Source of the DNA: Octopus bimaculoides | Taxonomy: Eukaryota | Length of the DNA stretch: 64,000 nt | Direction: 5' to 3' | Assembly: GCF_001194135.2 (NCBI RefSeq) | Contig: NC_068981.1 | Coordinates: 172,137,800-172,201,799, forward strand | Part shown: positions 12,505-25,913 of the stretch, in pieces | Layout: each line of letters starts with the position of its first letter | How positions within the stretch are numbered: position 1 is the first letter of the stretch | Notes under the pieces: model-generated | The model's database searches: none | What the model was told of the DNA's origin: nothing | The model's input: the letters and a program-made list of their open reading frames with translations, nothing else | Made by a program: the position numbers and the translations under genes

Positions 12505-13351
12505 CATTAAACGGAAAAGAACCTGACAAAATATTTCGTGCATTTAGTTTCAAATGTTTTCATTTTAGGTTCAGATACCGCCGTAGTTCACTTTACTTTC
12601 CAAATCAACAAAATAAACGGCAGTCAAGTTCTGGATAATACAAATTATATAATCTCTTTGTGACTTAGTGCTAAAATTAGGAATTTTTTTTTTTTCACTC
12701 TTTTTATTATTTTTGTTATTAAGCCCAGGTTAAATCTTATCGAGTGTTTCACATCAGGACGGAAATGACATTTTTCTGTGGAAGTACTAGCTTCGTACAA
12801 AATTTTTAAATCATTCTGTATTCAGGTAGAATTTTTAATATACTGAACAATGATAGGTATAGATATAATCAAATAATAGAATAAATTATTTATACTATTT
12901 AGTTTCAACCTTCTTGATTTTATTAAGATAGCAATTTCTCGTCCCTATTCAATTTTACTCTCCCCCGCTACAACCCTATTCCCACTGAAACAATAAATAA
13001 AATAATAAATAAAACAATATATAAAATCAATAAATATGCCGACTAATATCTGACAAAACTTGTTCAGGCTTTAAAATTAGGCACACGTGGTGGGTGGATC
13101 TTTTGAAAAATTAGGTTTGAAATTTGGAGTAAACTATCGATGAGCCAAACGCTCAACAAAGTTTCTATTTGAGATCATTGTTGTCATCTCTCTTTAAATA
13201 TATAATCAACATATCTTTAAATTCGGAGTCCGCAAGCATATCTAAAAAGCAATCATGCGGCGAGAAACAACGAACAAGATTTACTTACACAGCTAATTCT
13301 CTTCTAAAGACACGAGTGTTACAAATTCCCATTGTTTTCCTTTAGAATAAT

Positions 13352-13746
13352 CCTTTCTATAACAGGCACAAAGCCTGAAATTTGAGGGAGGAGGATAGTC
13401 GATTACATCAACCCCAGTACTCAACAGGTACTTAATTTATCGACCCCGAAAGGATGAAAAGCAAAGTCGACCTCAGCGGAATTTGAACTCAGAACGTAGC
13501 GACGCGCGAAATACCTATTTCTTTACTGCCCACAAGGGGCTAGACACAGAGGGGACAAACAAGGACAGACAAACGGATTAAATCGATTATATCGACCCCA
13601 GTGCGTAACTGGTACTTAATTTATCGACCCCGAAAGGATGAAAGGCAAAGTCGACCTCGGCGGAATTTGAACTCAGAACGCAGTGGCAGACGAAATACCG
13701 CTAAGCATTTCGCCCGGCGTGCTAACGCTTCTGCCAGCTCGCCGCC
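13352..13746 (-). mobile_element. tRNA-derived SINE (type B) carrying an internal 184-bp module
   Basis: Head ggcggcgagctggcagaagcgttagcacgccggg and central ggtcgactttgcctttcatcctttcggggtcgataa. Flanked by the 13-bp repeat CCTTTAGAATAAT (13339-13351 and 13754-13766). The internal module spans 13516-13699. Confidence 0.9.
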
Positions 13747-15399
13747 TTTTTTGCCTTTAGAATAATGGATGCCCGAGATTAATGCTATCGCACTTTTCAC
13801 TGATGTCATTGTGGAGACTTAATCAGGTCGGTTTGTGCTGACAATTGACACGTAATTAACTGGTCAAAAATATGAGTGCACCCCAGGTATTCACACTTCA
13901 TATAATCTATTCATCGGTGTGACTGAAGACCGCATTGCACTATCTGACTCGCAGTAGGTTGTTGTACTTGTTGTTGTTAAGCAGCATGTCAGCGCTGATT
14001 AATCAGACTTATTACCAAGAGAGTTCCATCTGTGACTATTTCATTTTCTTAGTGCTTTCTGGGAAGAACTATCATCACCTTTTGAAACAGAATCGCAAAT
14101 GCAGAAATAATCAAGTGAAACGAATCAAAACTATTGCAAAAAAAATCGGGATGCTGCATTAGTCTCCCTTAGTAAGTCAGTTTTTATGCCTGTCAGCCAC
14201 TCGGTATTCAAAGGATGCAATGATGGAAAGCCTGGAAAAATGGAAAACTATAAAGAGGTAAACCTAAAGACAGTTGAAGCCGGGCATTGAACTACTTGAA
14301 CAGGAGCTAAGAAAACAACGTTAGATTGACCACGTTAGTGGATGCTTGTTGCCTTATGCGTTGAGGATCTAAGACTAAGAACTATCTTAATTAAGATGGT
14401 AAGGGAGATCTGCAGTGATTTGGTTGTCATTTCTACCATCACAAGTGAACATGTGATTGTTCCCTCGTTTATCAAATGACATGCAGTGTGGAAACTTGAG
14501 CATCTTGCATTTCCTTCGCGTTTTAGTCTGCTCTTGTATGTCTATAGCTTCTGGTGTTGTCTACAACCAAGACAAGCGAGGTGAACACTGACGTACTTAG
14601 TGCTTATGTTGTTAGCATTGTTATTTTTATTTTTCTACTTCTGAAATCCAAGTCATTTCACGACTAAAGAAAAAAAATATAGAAAACAATTTTCTATGGT
14701 AATGTTACTGCGTTTACCTTATCTTCCGTTCTTTTATTTTCGTATTCAATATTTTGTATTTTGTAAAGAATGTTTTTATTTTATTTTCGTGAAAAATATT
14801 CAACAATTATAATCACTCTCTTATAGTTCTGAAGTCTAATCCTGTTGAGGATTTACTTTTATCTTTCCGGAGTCAAAAACTAAATGTAGAAAGCTAGAGT
14901 GTGCTTCATAAGTTGGAGTGATCTTTTTCTTCTTCTTCTTCTTCTTGTAGACACTACTACAACAAAGATAGCATTGTTGTAAACAGATGTTAAGCTTCAT
15001 AATGAAGTATGGAATTATATTTTATTGCCTTTAATGTTTATGAAATTCTTATTTCATGGCACATTTCATACTTCCAATGTTTTCCTCGTCATATTAGAGC
15101 AGAAAATATAACTTTGTTATTTACCTTACGTACGCGAACTACTTTTAGTGAAAGAGTCGAAGAGAAGAAGAGACAGCATCGGCATAATTTTTATTTATCA
15201 AAAATGTGACACTTTCCTCATTCATTTCTTCCCAGAAAAGTGCTTTTCTAAAATTCCTTTTTTTTTTTTTTTTTACTGACTCACAAACTTCTGTCATCAA
15301 CATTTCAAACAAAACATCGACCACATGGATTTCATCAACCAGGAGATATCTTTTAAAGGCCATAGTCTCTGTTTAATATTCTAATTAAATAAATCCACA

Positions 15400-16770
15400 A
15401 ACTTTTTTATAACAATATCAGTTGAGTAACAGATTAATCAACTTCCACAAATGTTTGGTAGTTATTGTGTCAATAATGCGTTGAAGCTATGACTTCTGCA
15501 TAGATTCTTAGACTGCGAGCAATTGTGGTCTTTTCTTGTTAAGTATCTTTTACCATAGCTCTTTTCTTTAAGTGGGTTACAATCTTAAGTCAAGCGTAGA
15601 TCGAGAATAAACGGTCAGCCATCTACCGACTGTGCAAATCGGTCGATGAAACATCAGGTCTTGACTTTTTTAGAATGTTACTGGAAGGTTTAAATGCCGG
15701 TGTCCATAAGGATAATATAGTCACCGATGAGAACGTTCTGAATGACTTTTCTGGAGAACTTTCAGACTGGAAATTACGAACAATTTTCAAAATTCCTACT
15801 CGCATCTATTCAGTAAGTAATGACTGCTGACTTGTGGAATAATATTATGCAGTTGTCATTACTTATAGAACGATTCCTATCTGTCTGAGTCTACTAAGGA
15901 GAAGTGAGAGTATATATCTTTCCTATGAAAAAAGTTATAGTAATATGAGGTACGTTAAAATGACTAGAGACAGGGTCTTCCTCTCTGATTAAACCATCCT
16001 TAACTTCTTCAAGCACTTTTTGAACAGAAAAGTGTTGGTGAGAATGGCCAACTTGGTTTGGATGAGATTATTAGCCCTTCAATTTCACCTGGGATTTTGA
16101 ATGAAGACGGAGTATATATCCAAAGTCAAAGATGGTCATGGTTTTGCAGAGTCTTGATCATCTTTGTGGAATTATTTGCCACATTTGAAGACATTCCATG
16201 TTAGTTCTACATTAAACGTTAATTGAATATGTTTCAAACCTATACACATTTAGCAAGTGTCTTCATCTGAGATGTTGAAATCTAAACAGTCAAGTATTGA
16301 GATCAGTATACTCGAACAAACTTCTGAAATTGTGGTGAGTAGCAATGGTTGGCTGTACGACATGTAAATCGTTTGTTTACCCCTCCATGTTATTTCTGCA
16401 TTTTTCATATATTTTGCTGAATGGTTCACAAGTTTGTTTCACAATTATGTTATTCCGCGATCGGTCCTTATTCTCGACACCTTAGGCAAGTGTCATCAAC
16501 ATTAGCCTTGGATCGGCTGAAACTTTGTGGTTAAGATTAAGTATACAGAAGGTGTGCAGAAGCCCATCGGATGGACAACATCAATCCGATGAGAAATCCA
16601 TCACGGTGTTCAACGCCATCTGGAACTTGTGTGCTTTTAGTGGTGAGGTCGATCTTGTCCCAATGATATGGATGGACCAGTTCTCCTTTTTGAGGATAAG
16701 TGGATATCGTGAAGTGCTGCTCTGTTTCAACAATTCATCGGTGATGGTTTCTTCCTCTTCAGACTAAACA
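15400..16770 (-). mobile_element. Decayed RTE-clade LINE remnant
   Basis: Degenerate minus-strand motifs: SVFIQNP (cf. SVFITLPKK), SRPDVSSTDL (cf. GVRQGCVLSPDLF), LRIYAEVIA (cf. LRYADDTVLIA). Many stops. Confidence 0.55.
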
Positions 16771-16774
16771 GTAA

Positions 16775-16846
<72 letters not shown>

Positions 16847-16886
16847 GTGTGTGAGTGTGTGTGTGTGTGTGTGCGCGTGTGTGTGC
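16775..16886. repeat. (TG)n microsatellite
   Basis: Seen directly. Confidence 0.95.
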
Positions 16887-19800
16887 ATAGAAAAATTGTT
16901 ACCAACTTCATGCTAACAATAAACTGGTGGACACTGAATAATAGATGTAAACCTCATTTTCTAGTCAACCGACATCTTTGCAAATTCGTTGAATTGCACC
17001 ATTCTACCTGTCAATACACCTCATAGTAGCGTGAATTTTTGAAGCATTTCCATAAATTTGGATGGCCATCAGTAAAAGAAAATTAAGCATTTGTTTCTCA
17101 TCGGTGCCCAGAATCTTCCCAGCGACATCAATGCTTTTCCTCTCTATTTCTCCTCCCCCAACACACATCATCAATGAACATTCTATTGGCGCCTTTCTCC
17201 AGTTGCCATTAGACAAACCGCTAACAAGACAATAATACTTTTCAATGTGATATGTAATAGATTCGTTGTAATTCCTGTCATAGGAAAACCTCGGACATAT
17301 ATTAAATAGACATCATTTCAAATGCTTCTGTCGCTCAACTTAATTTCAGCTGTATCAAATGGAATGTAATGTATTCCTTGTACGGTTCCAAACGCCTCAC
17401 TAATTGCATAGACACTTATTAAATAGTATTTTTCTCCTTCATCGTCTTCTCTGAAATTTTTTAATTTTTTTTTTTTGCTTTTATTCCTGTTTTTATTTGA
17501 TATCCTTTCTTTTTCAGTCATTATTATTGTTGCAATTGGTGTTTTTGTTGTTGTTGTTGCTGTTGCAAATGATGTTGTTTCGTTCATATTGTTCAAAGTG
17601 TTCAAGGTCGTTCACTGCTTTTTTTTTTCTTCTTCTTGTTAACTGAAAACAGTAGCAGATATTTGAATGTTGTTGCGTTCTAGAATATATCCAAGTTTTC
17701 TGTTCCCAAACAGAGAGAAATTCCAATGGGAGCGATTTTTTTCTTACTTACTGGTATCGCTATCAAATAAAGCAGAGAAAAAAGGAGACAAAAACCGAGT
17801 GAACCAGTCACCTTTTATGTAATTTGTTTTAGAGTGGCAAGTGAAGAAATGCATGTATAGAGTTTTCTGGTAATGCTGCACTTGGCAAACACCCCAGTCA
17901 GAGACAAACCGTGTTTATTTCGTTAGGTACAAAAACAAAAATTGCAGAAAATGTTGCACTTACAACAATAGACTTAATTGCAGTAATGTATGCGCAGTAG
18001 TAAGAATGACAACTGCACCAAGAACAGTATCAGTAGCAAAGATGAAATGACTGAATTCCCACCAAAAGAACAATACCACATTAGCATCCATTAAAGCATG
18101 AAAATCATTTCAAAAATTTTGTCTATCATTCCACAGTGCATTACTTTAACATTCCTACAATACACTGTCTTACCACAACTAAACCATTGCAGTTTCTCAA
18201 AATTCATATTCTTTATGATATTCCAGTAGAAGTAACGACATTAAATGCAAGCAGATAAAGGGCGCTTTACTAAGGGGTTCGACCTGCAAGAAAAAGCAGT
18301 CATATTCCCCTAAATCACACTACCACCCACCTTCTTTTAAAAAAAGATGAGATGTTCGTGACTGGAATACATTTTATCTTAGTTCTGCTCAGTCACAGCA
18401 GACGTAGCTGTAAACAAAATAACAACAATATCAGTAGAAAGAATACTATATCGACAATTGTAAAAAGAAGACCAATGGCAGGGAATGTAACAGCAGAAGC
18501 CAAATCTACGTTAATAACAACAACAATAACAGCACCATGAACGTGTCATTCAACCATTTTAGTGAAAATACTGTTTTACCCAAAACTAATCTCTAACCAA
18601 GCATTCTTATGATCAAAGGCGTTCCAGCCATGACCATTTAGTGTGTTGCTTTTTAGACGGCAGGCATGAAGATTTAACTGTTGCTTCTTACAGGTCAAGC
18701 GATCGCATAAAACCTTCCTCATTTGAATGCTAGTCTGAAAGGCATGAAGCGCACTTTAATTATACACCACTTCTGCGAATTACTGTGGTAAATTACACCT
18801 TTTCTGCCTTGACTAATTTTCATCGAGATGTGAACAATTGAGATCTAAGTGCACCATCCAAGAACGCAATGGTGTGAAAAGGATTTTGGTCTGGTATAAA
18901 AAATGATATTTCATAACTACTCTTATGACTAAAGCTTTAATTTTACAAATGGCCTGGAGTGATAGCTCTCAGAAATTATCTTTTTTCATTTTCTCGTGTA
19001 CAAATACGTTTGAAATTTTAAAGAAGGTTGTCATGTAACCAAACGTCGATAAATGCATAAAACTATAGTTTGGCAACCAGAATTATAGGCCTCGATAAGA
19101 ACGAGATGTAGGTCATGAAATTGCCAGGAGAAATCTCACTAATTAGTATAATGACATTTTCCATAGATGGATATATTGACATTTCTTTTATAACCATACT
19201 TTTGTGGGTACGAAACAGATCAGGTCATCATCACTGTTAGATTCTAAATCTGAAAGTGCATTAAAGAGCTTGTTTTGTCGTTAAACGATCTCTCTTTTGT
19301 TGTTAAATAAATTTGTCCTAAAATTCGCAAAGGTCAAAGTTATTCCATACTAATCCAAATACTGGGTATCCATTAATTTATAAACAAATTCACTCCATTG
19401 TTTTTAGCTGCTTCTTGCAGTTTGTGTATGTTTTCTAATGCACGAGTTGTTTTTGTTTTTTTCTCTGCAGGAAATAATTTTTTTGCTTTTACCTGGTAGA
19501 ACTTTTATTTTAAGAAAAGTACTTGTCAAATCTCAGTAGTAGGTAACATTTCCATTGTTTGTCGAACCAATTTTGGAGCCTCTTTAATGAAACATGTTTC
19601 TGTTGTATCAACATAAAGTACTACTGGTACTACAGTACTTTGTTTTAAAAAAACACAATTGAGTAGTTTTGTTGCTATTTTGGAACCTCTAATCTGTCGA
19701 GTCTTTTTTTTTTTACCTCACACAAAACTTTAGTTTCATGAAAAATTTTTAGAAAGGAGTCAACCGAAAGAAAACCATTCTTCTCAAGCTAACTCTGTGC

Positions 19801-20449
19801 GATAACTTGAGTACATTTGTTGTCTTGTCCCTAATAATCTCTAACTGACCATATTTATGACCAAAGGCGTTCCAACCATGGTTATCCAGTATATTTTGCA
19901 CTACATTAAGCAATAAGTCTCTCGTTTTCAAGACACTGGTTGTGTGATATAAAGATTAGGCTGTTGTTTCTAACAAGCCAAGTGACTACATAAAATCTCT
20001 TCAAATACAATTGTACAAGGCATGGAGTGTACTTTAATCATACAGTTTTCCTACAAATTGCTGCGGTGAATTACACTCTTTCTAACTTGATACTGTTTTT
20101 CATTTAGATGTGAACTTTCGAGAGTTAAGTGTATTTTACAAGAACACATCAATGATAAAAGGATAAAATATGCCTTTTCTTTGATCATTCAGCCGAAATC
20201 TTATCTCAAATTTTCATCAATAATCTTGATAAACGTTACCTTCTCTTTGCGTTATCTGTTTTTCACTTTAGTTGTACGAGATTCTGAGAAGGTTTTTAAA
20301 GGATATATTGCTTCTCGCAATACAATAATCAAACAAACATTCAGTACTTCTAAAAGCACAAAATAAGTTCACATCACCTATAATTTATGTATACAGTGAT
20401 ACAATGTAATATATACCAAATTCGATACGTTGGTGTAACTGTGTCAATT

Positions 20450-21120
20450 ACTCGCACAGCTTTCCAATTTACTGAAACTGCGATAGTATTTGCTTGACAC
20501 AGCATTCTGAGAGAAGCAGAAATTTAGATTATTTTACCAAAACAATGATGACAAAGTACACATGGTCAAGTGTCATAATCTAAGTCAGCACATACATTGA
20601 AATAGCCAAAATAATTCATTTATCTTCATAAAATAATCTTACTGTAGTTAGAGTAAAACTATTCTGTCATATCTTCAGAATTAGCCATAATGGAGACATC
20701 TACGTTTATTAGAATAGCATGACGTATAAGTGAAGAATTATTATCTTGTCAATAGTACCATGGAGAAGAGACTCTAAACAATGTCCAGTTGGCTGTTAGA
20801 TTGACGTGTTTCATTATCGGGTTTCCTAATTCAATAGTGAATATAACCGCCTCCAACTTCTAAATAAGATTTGCCTGCAAGCCTTCCATCCATAAGAGCA
20901 GTGATGTCAATTTTGTAATTTTTTTTTAATATCCGGACAATTATAGATTTTCGTTCCAACGGGGAGTTGCTGTCAATCAATTCTCTTACTCTACAATGTC
21001 CAATTATTCGATTTGCTAGATTTTTGAAAATTGTTTTAACATCCTCACTTGGAAAAGTTCTTTGACTGTTCTGAGTTTTTATATTGTTCTTCTTTAGGAT
21101 TATATGTCGATGAGAATACT
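20450..21120 (-). mobile_element. RTE-clade LINE endonuclease remnant
   Basis: The minus frame reads NRIIGHCRVRELIDSNSPLERKSIIVRILKKNYKIDITALMDGRLAGKSYLEVGGGYIHY, matching the RTE endonuclease N-terminus (IGTWNVRTL...YKIDIAALSETRLAG..LTEVGAGYTF). EDKxIIL (cf. DKLIILGDFN) lies downstream. Confidence 0.75.
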
Positions 21121-21541
21121 GTATGTAGGTGAGAAAACCAGTACAGTACTTAATATTAACTTATCTATCATACACGAATCACAAGAATAGCGTACTTAAT
21201 AAATATTTGGCCGTGGACTGGGAAAAACAATAGTGCATCAAGCTAAATGCCTTATAATATTTGGTTTCTTCTCTCTGTGTTCTGAGTTCAAGTCATGCCA
21301 GGATGATTTTGAATTCATTCTGCTAAGGACGATAAAATGAATTCCAGTCACGCATTGAGGTAGATTTAATCGACTATACCTCACTCGCCTGCAAATGTGT
21401 GGCCTTTTACCAATGATAAATCAATATTAAATACAAAACTGTTATCGCCCAGATATTGACTATCTGTGCAATTTGGACCTGATAAAGAAATAACAGAAGA
21501 GCCTGGTGATAGACAGAGATAAGAGTAGTGTGTTGAGGGAG

Positions 21542-21628
<87 letters not shown>

Positions 21629-21643
21629 ATGTGTGTGTGTGTG
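21542..21643. repeat. (TG)n microsatellite
   Basis: Seen directly. Confidence 0.95.
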
Positions 21644-22326
21644 CTGAATGGGAAGGAAGAAATCAAATCTTATTCGCTTTCTTTACAAATGAAAAGTATA
21701 ATTTATCATAAATTATCGAAAATGAAAGCATTTCGTGACACAGAGTTTAACATGCTCACCATTAGAACATTCTAGTCACTATCAGATTAGTGCAAACAAG
21801 TAATCTTTAAAATTCTCTCTTTGGTCACAACTCCAATTCTCTACACATTTTCTGAAGTATGTTGAGAATACAGTGACTTTTTTTATTACATTTCGAAATA
21901 AATATTTTGCCTAGGTGTATTCTGCCCCCACCACACCACCTGTACAATTTTCATGATAATTTAATAACAGAAACTCGGTCTCTCGCGTTTAACACGTTTA
22001 AAGCAACTGCATACTTCTACGTAACATGTTAATATTCATTCTCATTCTAAACATTCTTTTTGAACTAAGAAAATCTCGAAACTCTCCTTTTTCACGCCAC
22101 TAGGCTCACCACACACACTTACACACACACACACACATACACACACACACACACACACACCTTTACGAAGGCACTTTAATAACTTGAAACAAGACCGTAA
22201 ACTCTGACGAGGGCCTTTCCGCTACCTTCAAACAACGCCCGCCTCTCTCTATCTCTTTCTCTCTCTCTCGTTCTCTCTTTTTCTCTTTCTCTCTCTCCTT
22301 GTCTTTCACTATGTGTGTGTGTAAGT

Positions 22327-22362
<36 letters not shown>

Positions 22363-22761
22363 NNNNNNNNNNNNNNNNNNNNNNNNNNNNNNNNNNNNNN
22401 NNNNNNNNNNNNNNNNNNNNNNNNNNNNNNNNNNNNNNNNNNNNNNNNNNNNNNNNNNNNNNNNNNNNNNNNNNNNNNNNNNNNNNNNNNNNNNNNNNNN
22501 NNNNNNNNNNNNNNNNNNNNNNNNNNNNNNNNNNNNNNNNNNNNNNNNNNNNNNNNNNNNNNNNNNNNNNNNNNNNNNNNNNNNNNNNNNNNNNNNNNNN
22601 NNNNNNNNNNNNNNNNNNNNNNNNNNNNNNNNNNNNNNNNNNNNNNNNNNNNNNNNNNNNNNNNNNNNNNNNNNNNNNNNNNNNNNNNNNNNNNNNNNNN
22701 NNNNNNNNNNNNNNNNNNNNNNNNNNNNNNNNNNNNNNNNNNNNNNNNNNNNNNNNNNNNN

Positions 22762-23124
22762 GGTACAAGACCAGCAAGTTCGGGGTAGGAGTTAAGTCGA
22801 TTACATCGATCCCAGTATCCACTGGTACTTATTTTATTGACTCTGATTGGATGAAAAGCATTTGAATTCAGAACGTAAAGACGGACAAAATACCTATTTC
22901 TTTACTGCCCACAAGGGGCTACACACAGAGGGGACAAACAAGGACAGACAAACGGATTAAGTCGATTAAATCGGCCCCAGTGCGTAACTGGTACTTAATT
23001 TATCGACCCCGAAAGGATGAAAGGCAAAGTCGACCTCGGCGGAATTTGAACTCAGAACGCAGTGGCAGACAAAATACCGCTAAGCATTTTTCCGGCGTGC
23101 TAACGATTCTGCCAGCTCGCCGCC
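22762..23124 (-). mobile_element. tRNA-derived SINE (type B) carrying the same internal 184-bp module
   Basis: Same architecture as 13352-13746. Module at 22895-23078, with GACAAAATACC duplicated (22884-22894 and 23068-23078). Confidence 0.9.
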
Positions 23125-23316
23125 TTACTCATATTCATTATATTCAGTCAACTTTGTTTCTCAGAAGGCTTAAGCAACTATGAAATATAAACAAGAGGCA
23201 AAGAAAACAAATAAATTCTAGGGGATTAAAAAAAAATCGACTCTGTGACAGTAACATGGACCTACCTGGGGAGAACAGAAGAGAATAGAAAACAACATTA
23301 TTAATGTTGTTTTGAG

Positions 23317-23397
23317 TTCATGGTTGCTGGATTTACCTCAACAATTCTAAGAATTCAAAGCATGATGCACCACATGCATTATCCTATCTGCTGCTGG
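23317..23397 (+). CDS. Candidate internal exon (phase 1 to 1), xHGCWIYLNNSKNSKHDAPHALSYLLL
   Basis: ttgttttgag acceptor, G|gtaaga donor, 81 nt, open frame. No recognised homology. Confidence 0.3.
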
Positions 23398-23624
23398 GTA
23401 AGACTTCCCTTCGAGGTATCTTACTTAGTATTTACAATCATTGTAATAATGACGCGTAACAGCAAGAAACGGATGATAAAGCAATAATAGAGACTAGCAG
23501 CCAGCTGAGTTCATAAACACCGGGCTACCAGCCAAAATAATGGCAGATTATATCCTGTTTGTTGTTATGTACTGTGCCTGGAAAAGTCGATATTTAATTA
23601 CACAACTGTAAACATGTATTGCAG

Positions 23625-23761
23625 GCTTGTATGATTCGCCTCTGCAAGAAACGGAAACATTGTACTTTCGTAACTCGAATTCAGGTTCACCTGACGATAC
23701 GGCTCGAAGATTGGCGGGCCAAGATGATGTGTCCAAAAGTGTTCTCTCGTTATGCATATGA
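23625..23761 (+). CDS. Candidate exon, GLYDSPLQETETLYFRNSNSGSPDDTARRLAGQDDVSKSVLSLCI*
   Basis: gtattgcag acceptor, CpG-rich island in AT-rich DNA, phase-compatible with 23317-23397. Homology unknown. Confidence 0.33.
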
Positions 23762-23979
23762 ACGCGGTAGTTGTATAAGATTACGAAACCTAAGTTATTA
23801 GGGCTTAATATAGTATGAGAAGTTACAAATCCCTGTAGTCGGGAATTAGCAAAGTTATATGCAGCCATAAAGTAGATGACAATTAGTTTAGACATATATA
23901 GTTATAAGTCACTTAAATTGCACAAGTTATAATAATAATTGAATAATTGTTTCGAATTTCCGCACAAGGCCAGCTGACT

Positions 23980-24125
23980 TAATCGAGCCCAGTTCTCGAC
24001 GGGTACTTTATATAATCGATCTCGAAAAGGCGAATGGCAAAGTCGACCTCGGTTGAATTTGAACGGGAAGATAAGTCGAGAAGCATTGTGTCTGATGCGC
24101 TAACGATTCCACCAGTTTGCCGTCG
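23980..24125 (-). mobile_element. Older type B SINE copy without the module
   Basis: Degenerate ggcaaagtcgacctcgg...gctaacgattccaccagtttgccg. Confidence 0.7.
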
Positions 24126-24699
24126 TATTGAAACTATGATAATTAAAACTATATAGATTGAATAACGCATCCGTAACCATAACAACATAAGTAAGTCGTT
24201 ATTGTTTAAGGCTAGACAAATAGTAAAAACATTTGTAAAGCTTTCCATCTGCTGTCACTAAAGCTATCTTTTAATAACGAACAACTAATATATATTGAGA
24301 TGTCGCGTTAAATATAGATATTTACATAATACAAGTCAACTTTTCGGATATTTTTCTTGCTATTTTCTGTTCTTGTTGTCACCGTCGGTTTTGTCATTAT
24401 GATTGTTGTTGCTGCTATTATAATTGCTGATGATGTTGTTGTTGATACTGTATATTTTGTTGCTTTTTTTATTCCCTTTAAAATTGCAAGCTTAAATCAG
24501 TGCACTTGGAACAAAACAATTTTTCCTTTCTTTTTCTTGTACAGACATCTCGACATATCGTCTTTTGCAATAACATGCTGCGTTTCAACTAAAAATGCGA
24601 TAACAAATGCCACCACAAATGAAAAGAAAAAATAAGTGCACTGGCTTAGTAGAAACCGAATAACAAGCTGGCCTAGATTGCATGCGTGCATACGTAAGT

Positions 24700-24703
24700 A
24701 CAC

Positions 24704-24771
<68 letters not shown>

Positions 24772-24987
24772 GCATACATACATACACACACACACACATA
24801 CATACGTACGTACGTACGTAGGCAGACAGGCAGACAGACAGACAGACACACAGACAGACAGACAGACACACAGACAGACAGACACACAGACAGACACACA
24901 CACAGACAAACAGACAGACAGACACACAGACAGACACACACACAGACAAACAGACAGACAGACACACAGACACACAGACAGACAGAC

Positions 24988-25020
<33 letters not shown>

Positions 25021-25410
25021 CATACATACATACATACATACATACATACATACACACACACACATACATACATACGTACGTACGTACATAGGCAGGCAGG
25101 CAGACAGACAGACAGACACACAGACAGACAGACACACAGACAGACAGACAGACAGATAGATAGATAGATAGATAGATAGATATACATACACACATACATA
25201 CATGCATACATACATACATGCATACACACATACATACATACATACATACATGCATGCATGCATACACACACATACATACATACATACATACATGCATGCA
25301 TGCATACACACACATACATACATGCATGCATACATACATATATGCATGCATACATACATACATACATACATACATACATACATGTTGCATGCGTGCATAC
25401 ATACATGTAT
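24700..25410. repeat. Compound (GATA)/(CATA)/(GACA)/(CA) microsatellite with a higher-order duplicated block
   Basis: The block acacacacatacatacgtacgtacgtac.taggcag.caggcagacagacagacagacacacag occurs at ~24785 and again at ~25055. Confidence 0.9.
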
Positions 25411-25512
25411 TGTTGCTGGTGCATAAAAGAAGAATATACCATATTTTAAACTCTCTTTGTTTCTCTGACCTTTTACAAACAGTAATTGACATTTTCTTCT
25501 TTCTCTTTTCAG

Positions 25513-25543
25513 AATTGGAAAATTTTGTTGTAATTCCACTAAA
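25513..25543 (+). CDS. Candidate 31-nt micro-exon (phase 1 to 2), xLENFVVIPLx
   Basis: Branch-like ttgac, long polypyrimidine tract attttcttctttctcttttcag, donor AAA|gtatga. Confidence 0.45.
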
Positions 25544-25744
25544 GTATGATACTAAAATGAAGTATTTACTAAGATCCCATAATTTTGCTTAATGTTTCCA
25601 TAAAATGAAAATTTATGGGAAATAATTTCAGCAGTGAAACCGCACAAACGCTATGTTTGTTTCTGAGTTACGTTAATCTTTTTTTTCTTTTAACGCTGCA
25701 TCCGAAAATTGTGTTGCTTCAGAGAATACTAGGATATTGTCAGG

Positions 25745-25879
25745 TAGAGAGAAGAAGAAGAAGAAGAAGAAGAAGAAGAAGAAGAAGAAGAAGAAGAAGA
25801 AGAAGAAAAGTAGGAGGATGGGGAGGGTGGAGGTGAGTGGGGATGGAGGGGGGAGAAGAAGAACAACAACAAGAAGAAC

Positions 25880-25913
<34 letters not shown>

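Noticed and set aside
13870-14400. Possible RTE 3' fragment
   Set aside because: Too degenerate for me to support a call.
17318-17726. 95-aa and 70-aa minus-strand ORFs
   Set aside because: Largely low-complexity (AAC)n and poly-A derived; no recognisable domain.
24543-24635. Strong acceptor ttcttgtacag followed by HLDISSFAITCC...KKK*
   Set aside because: No good donor and no in-frame link to neighbouring candidates.
24497-25592. Long ORFs of 285-331 aa (MYVC/LSIY/VCLS repeats)
   Set aside because: Translations of stop-free microsatellites; the same applies to the other CV/HT/LS/poly-L ORFs in the track.
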